64,000 nucleotides of DNA from Octopus sinensis (lineage: Eukaryota). This document shows positions 52,177 through 64,000 of the stretch, one piece after another (positions within the stretch are counted from its first letter, which is position 1; each line of letters begins with the position of its first letter). The notes under the pieces are model-generated. The model did not search any database. It was not told the DNA's origin and worked only from the letters and a program-made list of their open reading frames with translations. The stretch spans positions 25,668,001-25,732,000 of the forward strand of contig NC_043017.1 in NCBI RefSeq assembly GCF_006345805.1. Direction: 5' to 3'. A program made the position numbers and the translations under genes.

Positions 52177-52784
52177 TGATGATGATAGTAATATTAATAA
52201 TAATGATGATGATGATGATAGTAATATTAATAATAATGATAATAATATTTAATGCTAGTAATAATAGTTACATGATAATAGTACTACTTGTTATGTCGAT
52301 ATCATTAATAATAATAGCAACATCAATAAAAATAATAATAGTAACAATTACAATATGAAAAAAACAAAATACTACTATATCTATATATATACTACTATAT
52401 ATATGTATATACGACGGGCTTCTATATATATATATATATATATAATTATACACAGATACATGTGTACATACACTGTATGTTTGTGTATATACATACAAAA
52501 TTTTTCCCTCGCATAAGACTACAATGTGCGCAGATAAAATAGAAAATAAGTATATATACAATTACACGCATTTAGTCGCCCAGTTTTCTCGTCATGATCA
52601 ACAGTAAAAGCATCAGAAAGAAAAGCAAATTAATAGTTTTAGCAGGAGGATGCGTGGGCGAGTGTGGGGGTGGGGCTGATCAGCGTTGAATTCACGAAAC
52701 TACAAACCACTTTCACTTTCTTAACGATCCCTGAAGAAAACAACGCCGGATCTCTATAACACCGCCACGAAATCATATAATATA

Positions 52785-52871
<87 letters not shown>

Positions 52872-53779
52872 TAAATATCGAGCAATGTATTCACATGATA
52901 ATATTAGAATACCAACAAACGCAAGGACACTAATAACAACAACAATAATAATAATGATGATAATATTAAAGCTCTAAAAATAACGATACTAAGAAATTGT
53001 ATCCGAAAACTAAATGTCAATGATTATAGCTAGGTCAACTAATTCTGCTAATTCCGAAAGGCAAATGATCGAAAAATAAAATAATAAATATAATAATAAT
53101 ACTGAAGAATTTTAATGAATAAAATCTAATAAAATTGAACGTAGAAAAATTACAACGGAAAAGGGAAAAAAAAATCATAGAGTTTTTATGCTATTTTTTT
53201 TATAAATATAGAAAATAAAATACAAACGATAACTTTTTTGAAAGAAAGATGTAAAGTATGAAATTATCAGTGAAATAAAATTTAAATTATCATAGAGGGA
53301 ACTTGGTTTAACCAACCCTTTTCCAGCGCTGCTAACACCACCACCATTATCTTACAGTTCTGTGGCAGTTTTGTTTTATATCTTACTTGTTGTTTATTTT
53401 TTGTTTTATTGATGTTATTTTATAATTGGCATCAATTTGATTGATACACTGTTGGAGATATTTAAACGAAAGTCATTACAGAGTTGGTAGCCATCCATCA
53501 TTTAAGCAATCGAACGTTTGTATCGAGCTTCCCTTCCTAAGCGATATAACTTTACTCGATCAGCGGGAAAAAATAAAGATACTATCGGTGATGGGGAAGG
53601 AACGGGTGTAAAACATAAAGATTGCGAAGAATTCTTCCTTCTAGACATTTATTTTATAATTCTTTTATTCTGTTAATATTTTGCTTGTTTCAAAGGCGGC
53701 AAGCAAGCAGACATGTGCGACGGCACGTTGGGCAAATTGCTTTGCGGCATTTTACATTTGTACGTTCAGAGTTTCTTAT

Positions 53780-54168
53780 GGAGTGGAAGCACTCCGTCGG
53801 TTACGACGACGAGGGTTCCGGTTGATCCGAATCAACGGAACAGCCTGCTCGTGAAATTAACGTGTAAGTGGCTGAGCACTCCACAGACACGTGTACCCTT
53901 AACGTAGTTCTCGGGGATATTCAGCGTGACACAGAGAGTGACAAGGCCGGCCCCTTGAAATACAGGTACAACAGAAACAGGAAATAAGAGTGAGAGAAAG
54001 TTGTGGTGAAAAAGTACAGCAGGGATCACCACCATCCCCTGTCGGAGCCTCGTGGAGCTTTTACGTGTTTTCGCTCAATAAACACTCACAACGCCCGGTC
54101 TGGGAACCGAAACCGCGATCTTATGACCGCGAGTCCGCTGCCCTAACCACTGGGCCATTGCGCCTCCT
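53780..54168 (-). mobile_element. Full-length SINE-C, tail 2, with 12-bp TSD
   Basis: Same head and body as 49148, different 3' part; agagtttcttat at 53768-53779 and 54169-54180. Confidence 0.9.
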
Positions 54169-55010
54169 AGAGTTTCTTATAGCCGTTCATTCACTCAGCA
54201 GATAGTTGAGACTGAGTAACACTTAATGATGCTTTTTCTCCGATTTTGCTTTTTTCAGTATTGTACTCTGCCTCTGGTATTCGAGTACTATTTCGCCCCC
54301 TTGTTTTGCACCTATATTCTTATCTGTGTATGTATATTTTTATGAAGAGAATGCTTAGTTATTTACTATAGCATGTTCTATTGCGTTACTCTTACGGACG
54401 TGAACACCATTGACAGCAAATATGACGATGAGAGTGATAATAATAATGATAATGATGATGACGACTATGGGAAAGACGACGACCCCGACGGCGAAATAGG
54501 TGATTCCATTATAAACTTTGTAATAAGTGTTTGTCTAGAGTGTACCAAAGAAAGTCAGTATTTAAGACAAAACAGCAAAATCTCAAGGAATTCGAAGATA
54601 ACGTCTGTTTTATTCACCTCGAAAATTAACTTAAATGGTTTTAGCGTAATAAGAATGCTACCACATACAGAGTTAAGTGGTTTATGTCCAGATATGTACA
54701 TAAAATTTGTGAAATAATTCTAGTCTGGCATATAAGTAGAGAAAGACAGAAGAGGGAGAGGGGAGAATGAAGAGGAAGAAGGAAAAAGCGAGAAAGAGAT
54801 TTTCCAAACATTGGCAAGACATAACGATTATTGTATAAGACGTTCCAAAAGTCTGTGTGACAAATGATAGAAATAGTCTGCAAGAGGTCTGGTCTTCGTA
54901 ATGATAATAACAATGTTAATAATAATAATAATAATAGTAATAATGGTGGTAGTAGTAGTAGTAGTAAAAATAATAATAATTGTAATAATGGTAGTAGTAG
55001 TAGTACTAAA

Positions 55011-55241
55011 GGCGGCGAGCTGACAGAATCGTTAGCACGCCGGACGGAATGCTTAGCGGTATTTCGTCTGTCTTCACATTCTGAGTTCAAATTCCGCTGA
55101 GGTCGACTGTGCCTTTCATCCTTTCGGGGTCGATTAAATAAGTACCAGTTACGCACTGGGGTCGATATAATCTACTTAATCCGTTTGTTTGTCCTTGTTT
55201 GTCCTCTCTGCGTTTAGCCCCTTGTGGGTAGTACAGAAATA
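55011..55241 (+). mobile_element. SINE-A monomer inserted in (GTA)n
   Basis: Complete head, body and tail a; ggtagtagtagtagta on both sides. Confidence 0.88.
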
Positions 55242-55334
55242 GGTAGTAGTAGTAGTAGTAATAATAATAATAATGATGATAATAATAATAATAATAATAA
55301 ATGCCAAGGCGGCGAGCTGGCAAAAACGTTATTT

Positions 55335-55530
55335 CTGTGACAGTGGTGGGCATAGACATAGCAGACGCCTCTTCCTTAGGGCCCGATCGGAAGCCACCGT
55401 CATTATATTTATGACTGGATTCCCATGCGTGACCAATGGAGTCTAGAAGCTTTATCCCACCCTATCGTTCTTGGTCTGCCCGTAGGTCTTCTACCGTTTG
55501 GAGAAATAAGGCATCTACCACACGAATGTA
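55335..55530 (-). pseudogene. Decayed RTE (Rex3/Expander-like) 3' end
   Basis: GRRPTGRPRTIGWD..LHWSRMGIQ..MTVASDRAL..CPP resembles GRRPRGRPRTRW..LAWERLG...LPPRP. Confidence 0.55.
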
Positions 55531-56469
55531 TGCCCTAAAAACATTCCGATGAGTCTATAATTATTGAAGGTAAGAGTGTGAAACTGCGAGGAAAAACTTC
55601 GCCGTAGTTTCCTATAATTAATAACAGTTCAGTGATTTCGGTACTGGATCCTTCGTCTAAAATAATTGGATGCGTTGTCTAATTAGAAACGCGAAGATTA
55701 AATTTGGGATGAAATTAGAAGTGCGTTTTGACAGGAAGAATCAAATATTAGTTGAGCCTTAATTGGATAAAGATAGAGTTTGGTCGCTAATTATCGTTGC
55801 TTGTGTGAGATACTGGTTGAAGAATTATATAAATGAAGTGTCCAGCGAGAAAAGTGTCAAAAAGACTTGTAATTTTTTTCCTGGATAATTTGAAAATGTA
55901 ATAGAAACCCTCTACTTTATTAGTAGCTGTTAAGGAACCTCTAGGTAGTGGTATGAATTGAGAGAAATAGCAACCAAATCTTTATTAGATTACTACTTTC
56001 GTTTGGAGTATTATAAATGAGAACGATGTATGTCTTGATACCATAGAAAAAATACGGAAGTTTCAATGGATAATTTTGGGATGATCACGAGGGAAATGAC
56101 TTCATTGATCTGCTGGACCAGTAGCAACCTGGGGCTAAGCGGTAACAGCAGTAGTTAATGATATTCTAATGGAAGATAGAGTTTCAATGATTTCGCAAAG
56201 AAATCGTCTTCTCTGTATAAGAAGAAACAGAGAGAGAGAGGGACAGAGAGAGTGGGGAGAGAGAGAATGGTGAATGCAGAAAGAGCAATGCTGGAGGCAC
56301 TCTAAGAAACAATAAAATCAAATTATACGGAAAATAATGGCGCTTTTAAATGACTTGATTGTAATTGAGAGAAATTAAAACTGAGAGGAAGAACGTTGGG
56401 TCGAGGGAAATGGGAAAATTTCAAAGTCGAAAGGAAACATTGAGGGAGACTGATTGACGATAATCTACT

Positions 56470-56960
56470 CAAAGATGTTGGTGTTGTTGTTGGTGGTGGT
56501 GGTGGTCGTCGTCGTCGTCGTGTTGTTGTTGTTGGTGGTGGTGTTGGTTGTTGTTGTTGTTGGTCGTCGTGTTGTTGGTGTTGGTGATGGTCGTCGTTGT
56601 GTTGTTGTTTTTGTTGGTGGTGGTGGTCGTCGTCCTGATGATGACGGTGGTGGTTGTAGTGGTGCTGTTTTTTTTGTCGACGATGGTGATGATGATGATG
56701 AAGGGGATGACGACGAAGATCATGACACCTAGGATGATAACAACGACGACGATTGTTATGATGATGATGATAATGAAGATAGTGATGATGATGATGATGG
56801 TGATGAAGATCGCTATGACATAAAAGACAACGACGTCGTGATGCTGTTGATTATGTTGAGGAGGCGGATGCGGAAAAACAAGGACGCGGGAAACGAGGAT
56901 AACTTTAATGACGACCGCGATGATGATGACGATGATAGTAAGGAGGAGGAGGAGGACGAC
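56470..56960. repeat. Compound (GTT/GGT/GAT/GAC)n trinucleotide tract
   Basis: Direct inspection. Confidence 0.9.
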
Positions 56961-57409
56961 GAAAGGATTTTGACCAAATTTGCCCTGAGCGAGCAGACCC
57001 ATGGTGAAAGCATTTAATCTTCCCGGCCGCCGTCCTCAACGTCTGGGATTTGTCCCCGAGGAAACTGAATCAGGCCGACACTGCTTGCCTACTATTCCAC
57101 TGGCATTTAAAGCGAAGCCCCATGGTTTTTAACAGTTAAGTTTCGTATACAATGATATTTAGAAAGAGAGAGTTTCTATTAAAATGCCATAAGAATATTT
57201 AATATTGGCGAGTCTATAGAATTTGCTAGAATTTGCCAAAGGCAATAAAAAATGTTTGGGAGAAGAGCAGACGGGAATTGAAATGAACAACTAAATGACT
57301 GAGAATTTCTAAAGCTTAATTAGCATAACTATTATATGATAAATAAAGGTGTGTTAACAGCCTACCTTTAAAGTAAGCCATATGCATCAATCTATATATT
57401 TATTTCTGT

Positions 57410-57447
57410 GTATGTCTGTGTATGTATGTATGTATATATATATATAT

Positions 57448-57503
<56 letters not shown>

Positions 57504-57990
57504 TGTATGTATGTATATATGTATGTATATATATATATATGTATGTTATATATATGTATGTATATATATATGTATGTATATATATATGTATATATATGTA
57601 TGTATATATGTATATATGTATGTATATATATTGTATATATATATGTATATATGTATATATGTATATATATGTATATATATATATAGATGTATATATATAT
57701 ATAGATGTATGTATGTATAGATGTATGTATATGGATGTATATATATTTATGTATGTATATATATATGTATGTATATATATATGTATGTATGTATATATGT
57801 ATGTATGTATATATGTATGTATGTGTGTATATATATATGTATGTGTATATATATATATGTATGTATGTGTATATATATATGTATGTGTGTGTGTATATAT
57901 ATATATATATGTATATATATATGTATGTATGTATGTATATGTATATATGTATATATATGTATATATGTGTATATATATATATATATATAT
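57410..57990. repeat. (TA/TATG)n compound microsatellite
   Basis: Direct inspection. Confidence 0.95.
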
Positions 57991-58380
57991 TAATAGTTAT
58001 CGCCATACTAATATGGCAGTCTATAAATATAAGACTAAAGCTGTCGCTGATTAGCTCCAAGAGGCCATCGCCTCTCGCTAGCTATATGACACACGAACCT
58101 GCGTCCATTACAACCTTCGAACAGGGGAGGTCAGCCGCTTCACCTTGCTAGTCAGCATAAAATCCACAAAGTTGTCTTTCCTTACAGGAACTGGATAACT
58201 CCTACCCCATTTCCTGCTTTGAAACTCTTTTACCAAACACTTTAAACTAAGCACCACGTTTAATAACATGGATCTTACTCCACCAAAGAAATTTCTCCAA
58301 GGACTAATTTTGAACTCTAAAAGCATGAAAACTCTACAATGTATCGGTATACTTATTTAGTAATTTTTGAATATGTTTAT

Positions 58381-58792
58381 TCTCTTTTCTCTTTTCTCTT
58401 TTACTTGTTTCAGTCAGTTGACTGTGGCCATGCTGGAGTACCGCCTTTAGTCGAGCAAATCGACCCCGGGACTTATTCTTTGTAAGACCAGTACTTATTC
58501 TATCGGTCTCTTTTGCCGAAGCGCTAAGTGACGGGGACGTAAACACACCAGCATCGGTTGTCAAGCAATGCTAGGGGGACAAACACAAACAAAAACACAC
58601 ACACACACATATATATATATACATATATACGACAGGCTTCTTTCAGTTTCCGTCTACCAAATCCACTCACAATGCATTGGTCGGCCCGGGGCTATAGCAG
58701 AAGTCACTTGCCCAAGATGCCACGCAGTGGGACTGAACCCGGAACCATGTGGTTGGTAAGCAAGCTACTTACCACACAGCCACTCCTGCGCC
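58381..58792 (-). mobile_element. Full-length SINE-B
   Basis: Reverse complement is colinear with 30479-30891. Confidence 0.9.
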
Positions 58793-58990
58793 TTTCGTTA
58801 AAAACATGGTAAATTTCTTTCCCCTTCCTCAATTTTAAAAAAATGTCTTTTCCCATTTCAAATCTTGAAAATTTGCTTTCCAATGAAAGCTTATGTGATT
58901 TATCATTTTTTTAATTCTCCATACACCCATTTTTATTAAAATTTACTTTCAATGTAGCATTCTGCCTTATTATAATTTTTCCTCTCTTAT

Positions 58991-59291
58991 ATCACACGTG
59001 ATCACGTGACCGACCAGACCCTCAGATGTTGCCTCACATCGCTGGTCACAATGCGTTCGCATTGTTTTAGCCTTCGAACGACGCCTCCCCGCTGGCTAAG
59101 CGAGCAGGCCAACAGAAGAAAGAGTGAGAGAAAGAGTGGTGAAAGAGTACAGCAGGGATCACCACCCCCTGCCGGAGCCTCGTGGAGCTTTTAGGTGTTT
59201 TCCCTCAATAAACACTCACAACACCCGGTCTGGGAATCGAAACCGCGATCCTACGACCGCGAGTCCGCTGCCCTAACCACTAGGCTATTGC
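58991..59291 (-). mobile_element. Full-length SINE-C, tail 1
   Basis: Reverse complement is colinear with 49148-49448. Confidence 0.88.
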
Positions 59292-59305
59292 TTATATATA
59301 TACAT

Positions 59306-59554
59306 ATCGTTTTTGTGGCAGATAAATTATACGGTATTTAATTTTACTAATGGCTTCGAGCAAGTATCTTATTGTGTAAACAATTTACTCTGTGATAAGC
59401 TGCTTCTGCGAATTAGGTACTGCTTCGGATTATGGTCATTTGTTTAATGACATTTGGTGTACGTTAGGAGTTTGAGTTGATAAACATGAATCAGTTCAGT
59501 TTTATGTAACATTCATAATACGGTTCTCAAAGTTTGGCACAAGGACAGCAAATT
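59306..59554 (-). repeat. Left arm of a ~250-bp inverted duplication (partner 62135-62383)
   Basis: About 19 mismatches over about 250 bp by manual alignment. Confidence 0.9.
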
Positions 59555-60082
59555 ATATATATATATATATAACAATTTAAAAGAATGCGTTACATATGTT
59601 ACCCTTATTGGAGCAAATGTGGCTTGCAGCTGTTTCTAGTAGTCATTGTAGGTACAGTACTGATGAGTTTGCTCAATTGGTCTATTGATCAATTAAGGAA
59701 AATTGAGCGCCTTAAGAAAACGAATGCTACTTTCATCAGAGCCATTTCTGATGAAGTTAGCATTAATTTTCGTAACCGTCCCACAAGAAAAGAATTAATA
59801 TTGGTTTCTAATACAGTAAACAAACGTGTCAGCCTTAGTATTTCACCAGCACATTATTTTATCGACACGGAAGGCTGGAATGCCTCGGAAGGCTCGGATG
59901 GTTTCGAACTCAAAATCTTAAGATTTGCTTCTGAATAGCGCAAGATATTTTGTCCGAAGCCCTCCTATTTCAATCAATCTGCAGCTCTTGGGTAAGAATA
60001 ATGTTTAAAGAAATTCTGTGATTTTTATAATGCTAAGAATATCAGACAAAAATTTACTCTCGAGGTTCAATCTTATACAACA

Positions 60083-60241
60083 GCAGGAGTGGCTTTGTGT
60101 TAAGTAGCTTGCTTACGAACCACATGGTCCCGGGTTCAGTCCCACTGCTTGGCACCTTGGGCAAGTGTCTTCTACTATAGATCGGGCCAACCAAAGCCTT
60201 GTGAGTGGATTTGGTAGACGGAAACTGAAAGAAGCCCGTCG

Positions 60242-60282
<41 letters not shown>

Positions 60283-60480
60283 ATATGTTTATGTGTCTGT
60301 GTTTGTCCCCCCAACATCACTTCCAAACTGATGCTGGTGTGTTTACTTCCCCGTTAATTGGCGGTTCGGCAAAAGAAACCGATACAATAAGTACTAGGCT
60401 TACAAAGAATAAGTCCTGGGGTCGATTTGCTCGAGTAAAAACTGTGCTCCAGCATAGCCACAGTCAAATGACTGAAATAT
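60083..60480 (+). mobile_element. Full-length SINE-B
   Basis: Colinear with 30479-30891. Confidence 0.9.
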
Positions 60481-60701
60481 GTAAAGCAGCAATAAATAAT
60501 GAGTACATTTTGAACGTTCGACAGGTTGATGGGAAATTAAGGTGGCACAGAAGCGAGTGAACTCGTAAATGTATGACTCTTGTGTAAACTACAGCGTTGG
60601 CAAAATATGCATTCTCATTTTGATAAAACCATATTCTGGGCTTTAAGAACATGATCTATATATTGAACAGCTACACGAATTCTGTGTTAATGTATGGAAG
60701 T

Positions 60702-61059
60702 ATTCGAGCTTTGGTGTTGGAGAAGACTTTTACGGATTCCATGGACAGCGAGGCTCACCAATGGAGAAGTTCTTAAGCAGATCAGGCCGGAAATGTCGCT
60801 AGAAGCTAGGATCACCAGGCATAGATTGGCATATTTTGGTCATATTATGCGGAGAAAATCCCTGGAGAAGGACATCATGCTCGGAATGTTCAGTGGCAAA
60901 AGAGGAAGAGGCCGACCAAGAACCTGCTGGCTTGACACCATCAAGAGTGATGCCTGAATGGACATAGCCAATCTGAAAGAAGCGGCCCAGGATAGAACTG
61001 ACAGGAGGACATTGATCCATCGAGTAACCGAGAGTCGACTTCGACTGAGCGGATAGATA
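60702..61059 (+). mobile_element. 5'-truncated RTE-BovB-like LINE with 10-bp TSD
   Basis: FELWCWRRLLRIPWTAR..YFGHIMRRKSLEKDIMLG..GKRGRGRPRTCWLD..*..ESRLRLSG*; TSD gtatggaagt at 60692-60701 and 61060-61069. Confidence 0.9.
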
Positions 61060-61134
61060 GTATGGAAGTGAGGTGTGACCTGCAACATCAGAAATGAGAA
61101 AATGGTTGGAAAACTGTAAAATGTGGTTCTTAAG

Positions 61135-61255
61135 GAGTAGCTGAGATTTCTTGACTATATTATGAGGAAAGAAGGCCGGAAGAATTAAGCGATGATCGAA
61201 AAGATTGGTGGGATAAGAAGCAGAGGAAAGAGAAGGATGTTTTGGACGTCAAGCA
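61135..61255 (+). pseudogene. Older RTE fragment
   Basis: LRFLDYIMRKEGRKN*AMIEKIGGIRSRGKRR resembles LRFLGHIMRKEGLE..GKIEGKRSRGRQR. Confidence 0.5.
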
Positions 61256-61343
61256 GGGTGAACTGAAGCATTAAACAGCAGAAAGATAAAAATAGGGACC
61301 AACCTGGTAATCAACAACTTCCTAGATACGATTACAAATAAAT

Positions 61344-61692
61344 AGAATCGTTAGCACGCCGGGCAAAATGCTTAACTGTATTCCATCTGCAGCTACGTTC
61401 TGAGTTCAAATTCCGCCGAGGTCGACTTTGCCTTTCATCCTTTCGGGATCAATAAATTGAGTAGCTGTTTGGTACTGGGCTCGATCTAATCGACTGACCC
61501 CCTTCTCCAAAATACTTTCGGGATCAATAAATTGAGTAGCTGTTGGGTACTGGGCTCGATCTAATCGACTGACCCCCTTCTCCAAAATACTTTCGGGATC
61601 AATAAATTGAGTAGCTGTTGGGTACTGGGTTCGATCTAATCGACTGACCCCCTTCTCCAAAATTTCGGGCCTTGTGCCTAGATAGAAAAGAA
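61344..61692 (+). mobile_element. SINE-A (tail b) with internal 75-bp triplication
   Basis: Unit starts at 61441, 61516 and 61591. Confidence 0.88.
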
Positions 61693-61846
61693 TATCATTA
61701 TTATAAAAGGCGGCGAGCTGGCAGAATTGTTACTGCGACGGGTAAAAATGCTTAGCAACATTTCTTCCAACTGTACATTCTGAGTTCAAACGCCACCAGA
61801 GTCAACTTTGCTTAATATTCTTTCGGGCGTCACTAAAACAAGTACC

Positions 61847-62077
61847 TATTTCTTTATTACCCACAAGGGGCTAAACATAGAGGGGACAAACAAAGACAGA
61901 CATAGGTACTAAGTTTATTACATCGACCCCAGTGCGTAACTGGTACTTAATTTATCGACCCCGAACGGATGAAAGGCAAAGTCGACCTCGACGGAATTTG
62001 AACTCACAACGTAACGGCAGACGAAATACCGCTAAGCATTTCGCCCGACGTGCTAATGTTTCTGCCAGCTCGCCGCC
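61847..62077 (-). mobile_element. Young SINE-A nested in an older + strand SINE-A, 13-bp TSD
   Basis: taaaacaagtacc at 61834-61846 and 62078-62090; host at 61707-61846 and 62091-62165. Confidence 0.9.
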
Positions 62078-62134
62078 TAAAACAAGTACCGATTGAGCAC
62101 TGGGATCGATGTAACTGACTTACCCGTCTTCCGA

Positions 62135-62383
62135 ATTTGCTGGCCTTGTGCCAAACTTTGAAAGCCGTATTATGAATGTTACATAAAACTTAACTGATTC
62201 CTGTTTATCAGCTCAAACTCTTAACGTACACCGAATTTCATTAAACAAATGCCCAAAAGCCGAAGCAGTTTCTGATTCGCAGAAGCAGCTTTTCACAGAG
62301 AAAATTGTTTGCACAATAAGATACTTGCTCGAAGCCATTAGTAAAATTTAATACCGTATAATTTATCTGCCACAAAAACGATA
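62135..62383 (+). repeat. Right arm of the ~250-bp inverted duplication
   Basis: Reverse complement of 59306-59554; begins inside a SINE-A tail. Confidence 0.9.
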
Positions 62384-63127
62384 GCAGCAAATCCCACGCC
62401 AGGGAAAGTAATAACATTTGGTTCAACATACCCCATAGCAAAAACTGTCATAAACTGCACGAGGAAATAATTCTTGTGATTAATCAAAAGTAATTCCACA
62501 GAGGCAACAAAATTTATAAATTATTCAATGGCAATAGTTAACGTTATGTATAGAAAAAACAATTTCGCTGGGTAACTATAGAAACCATCCAAATAATACG
62601 AATGTATAAAGACTAACTGAAAGTCATTGTGATTGTGAAAATACCGTTTTATTTCCTGCATTAAAAATGAATGAGCAATCTTGTTGCATATTGAACGATT
62701 ACAAGAGAGGATTACTCAGAGATTTAAAGAAAGTATTCTTATCGCGGATGCACAGTTTAAAATGCAGAGGCCTCAAGTTCTGTGTAGATCAAAGACGTAA
62801 GTTTCATTTGACCCTAGAGAAAACCGAACGAGAAAATCACATTCATACAGCCCTATGCACTCTCCGGTAGATATAGGCACTATTGCTACCTGGTGCAATA
62901 CAACGTAGACTTGATCGGAACTATATATACTTAGGTGGGTTTCTAAATAATTCAGATTAAAGCAATTCTAAGCACAAGACTGCGTCGAGGATCTCTGCTT
63001 TGGCCGTTGCTCTGAGCTCACCTGGTTTCCATCGTCAGAATTTGAAATATAAGATATTAAGTGAAACCCCTTCAATACTCAAAAACAAAAATGGTGCTGC
63101 CAAGAGGCCCTGGTTGATAATCACCTG

Positions 63128-63740
63128 CAGTGTCGCCATCTATCGGGCATCGATGTTTCAAGCTTCTTGGCTATTTTCGATGAGATGTACCGAAGAGAGA
63201 CAACTCTGAACGAACTTATAAAGCCGCAGGTTTATGCATAATTCAGATAACGCGTTGCCTGTTATACAATAGTAGATTGCCCGACCGAGGAAAAATAACG
63301 AAGTGTCAGCACTAAACAGTGTTTAGGTATGAGCAGAATTAGTTAAGTTGAAATATGTTTCAACAGATGGCGACACTGAACGAATCGGGTGTTTTCACAC
63401 CTTTTGCCAAAAGAAAGATACATTCTGCACGGTAACTGCTCTGTATTTGCCTTTTAACAGTTGACACACGTGACAAACTTATTTCAACTTAACGCTAACA
63501 CTTCGATATTTTCCCTCGGTCGGGCAATCTACTAACGCAAATTAGTTGTCTTGACTGAATTATACATAAAGCCATGGTTTTATAAGTTCGTTCAGAATTA
63601 CCTGTCTTAGGTACATCTCATTGACAAGAACCAAGAAGCTTGAAACATCGATGCCTCACATTCCTAACGAACGAACACTGAACGAACCGGTTTTCACATC
63701 TTTTTACTATAAGGGGGATATATTCCGCACGATAACTGCA
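63128..63740. repeat. Complex inverted plus direct repeat (long imperfect hairpin)
   Basis: 63146-63355 pairs with 63480-63655; 14-bp inverted repeat at 63128-63141 / 63365-63378; direct repeat 63373-63439 / 63675-63739. Confidence 0.85.
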
Positions 63741-63760
63741 GAGTGTATATATATATATAT

Positions 63761-63988
63761 ATTTCTTTACTGCCCACAAGGGGCTAAACATAGAGAGGAC
63801 AAACAAGGACAGACAAAGGGATTAAGTCGATTACATCGACCCCAGTGCGAGACTGGTACTTTTATTTATCGACCCCGAAAGGATGAAAGGCAAAGTCGAC
63901 CTCGGCGGAATTTGAACTCAGAACATAACAGACGAAATACCACTAAGCATTCCGCTCGGCGCGCTAACGTGTCTACAACCTCGCCGCC
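63761..63988 (-). mobile_element. SINE-A monomer
   Basis: Complete body and tail a; head ends cctcgccgcc at 63988. Confidence 0.88.
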
Positions 63989-64000
63989 GTGTGTATATAT

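Noticed and set aside
56995-57135. 45-codon GC-rich ORF MVKAFNLPGRRPQRLG...
   Set aside because: Short, adjacent to a trinucleotide tract, no homology or convincing splice context.

Overview
AT-rich eukaryotic genomic DNA that is almost entirely repeats. The tRNA-derived SINE families and the microsatellite load look like Octopus (cephalopod) genome; this is inferred from recalled repeat families, not from a database search. I cannot confidently identify any host protein-coding gene, so the window is probably intronic or intergenic. Nearly all ORFs in the supplied track are translations of (TA)n, (TG)n, (ATAG)n, (ATAC)n, (CAT)n or (TAA)n tracts. Supportable content: three groups of tRNA-SINEs (about 35 copies or fragments), decayed LINE fragments (CR1, three RTE types, several R4/Dong, a probable L1/Tx1), a full-length decayed mariner, Merlin-like, pogo-like and mariner MITEs with target-site duplications (TSDs), and a Helitron-like element. 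The most interesting signals are: (1) five unrelated short elements inside (TA)n/(TG)n tracts, each with a hammerhead-ribozyme-like core, two of them long fold-back palindromes, suggesting Penelope-like or retrozyme elements that target microsatellites; (2) long inverted duplications near 59-64 kb that could form ADAR-type dsRNA; (3) a young, GC-rich RTE insertion with a 46-bp TSD; (4) modular and dimeric SINEs that demonstrably moved as single units.
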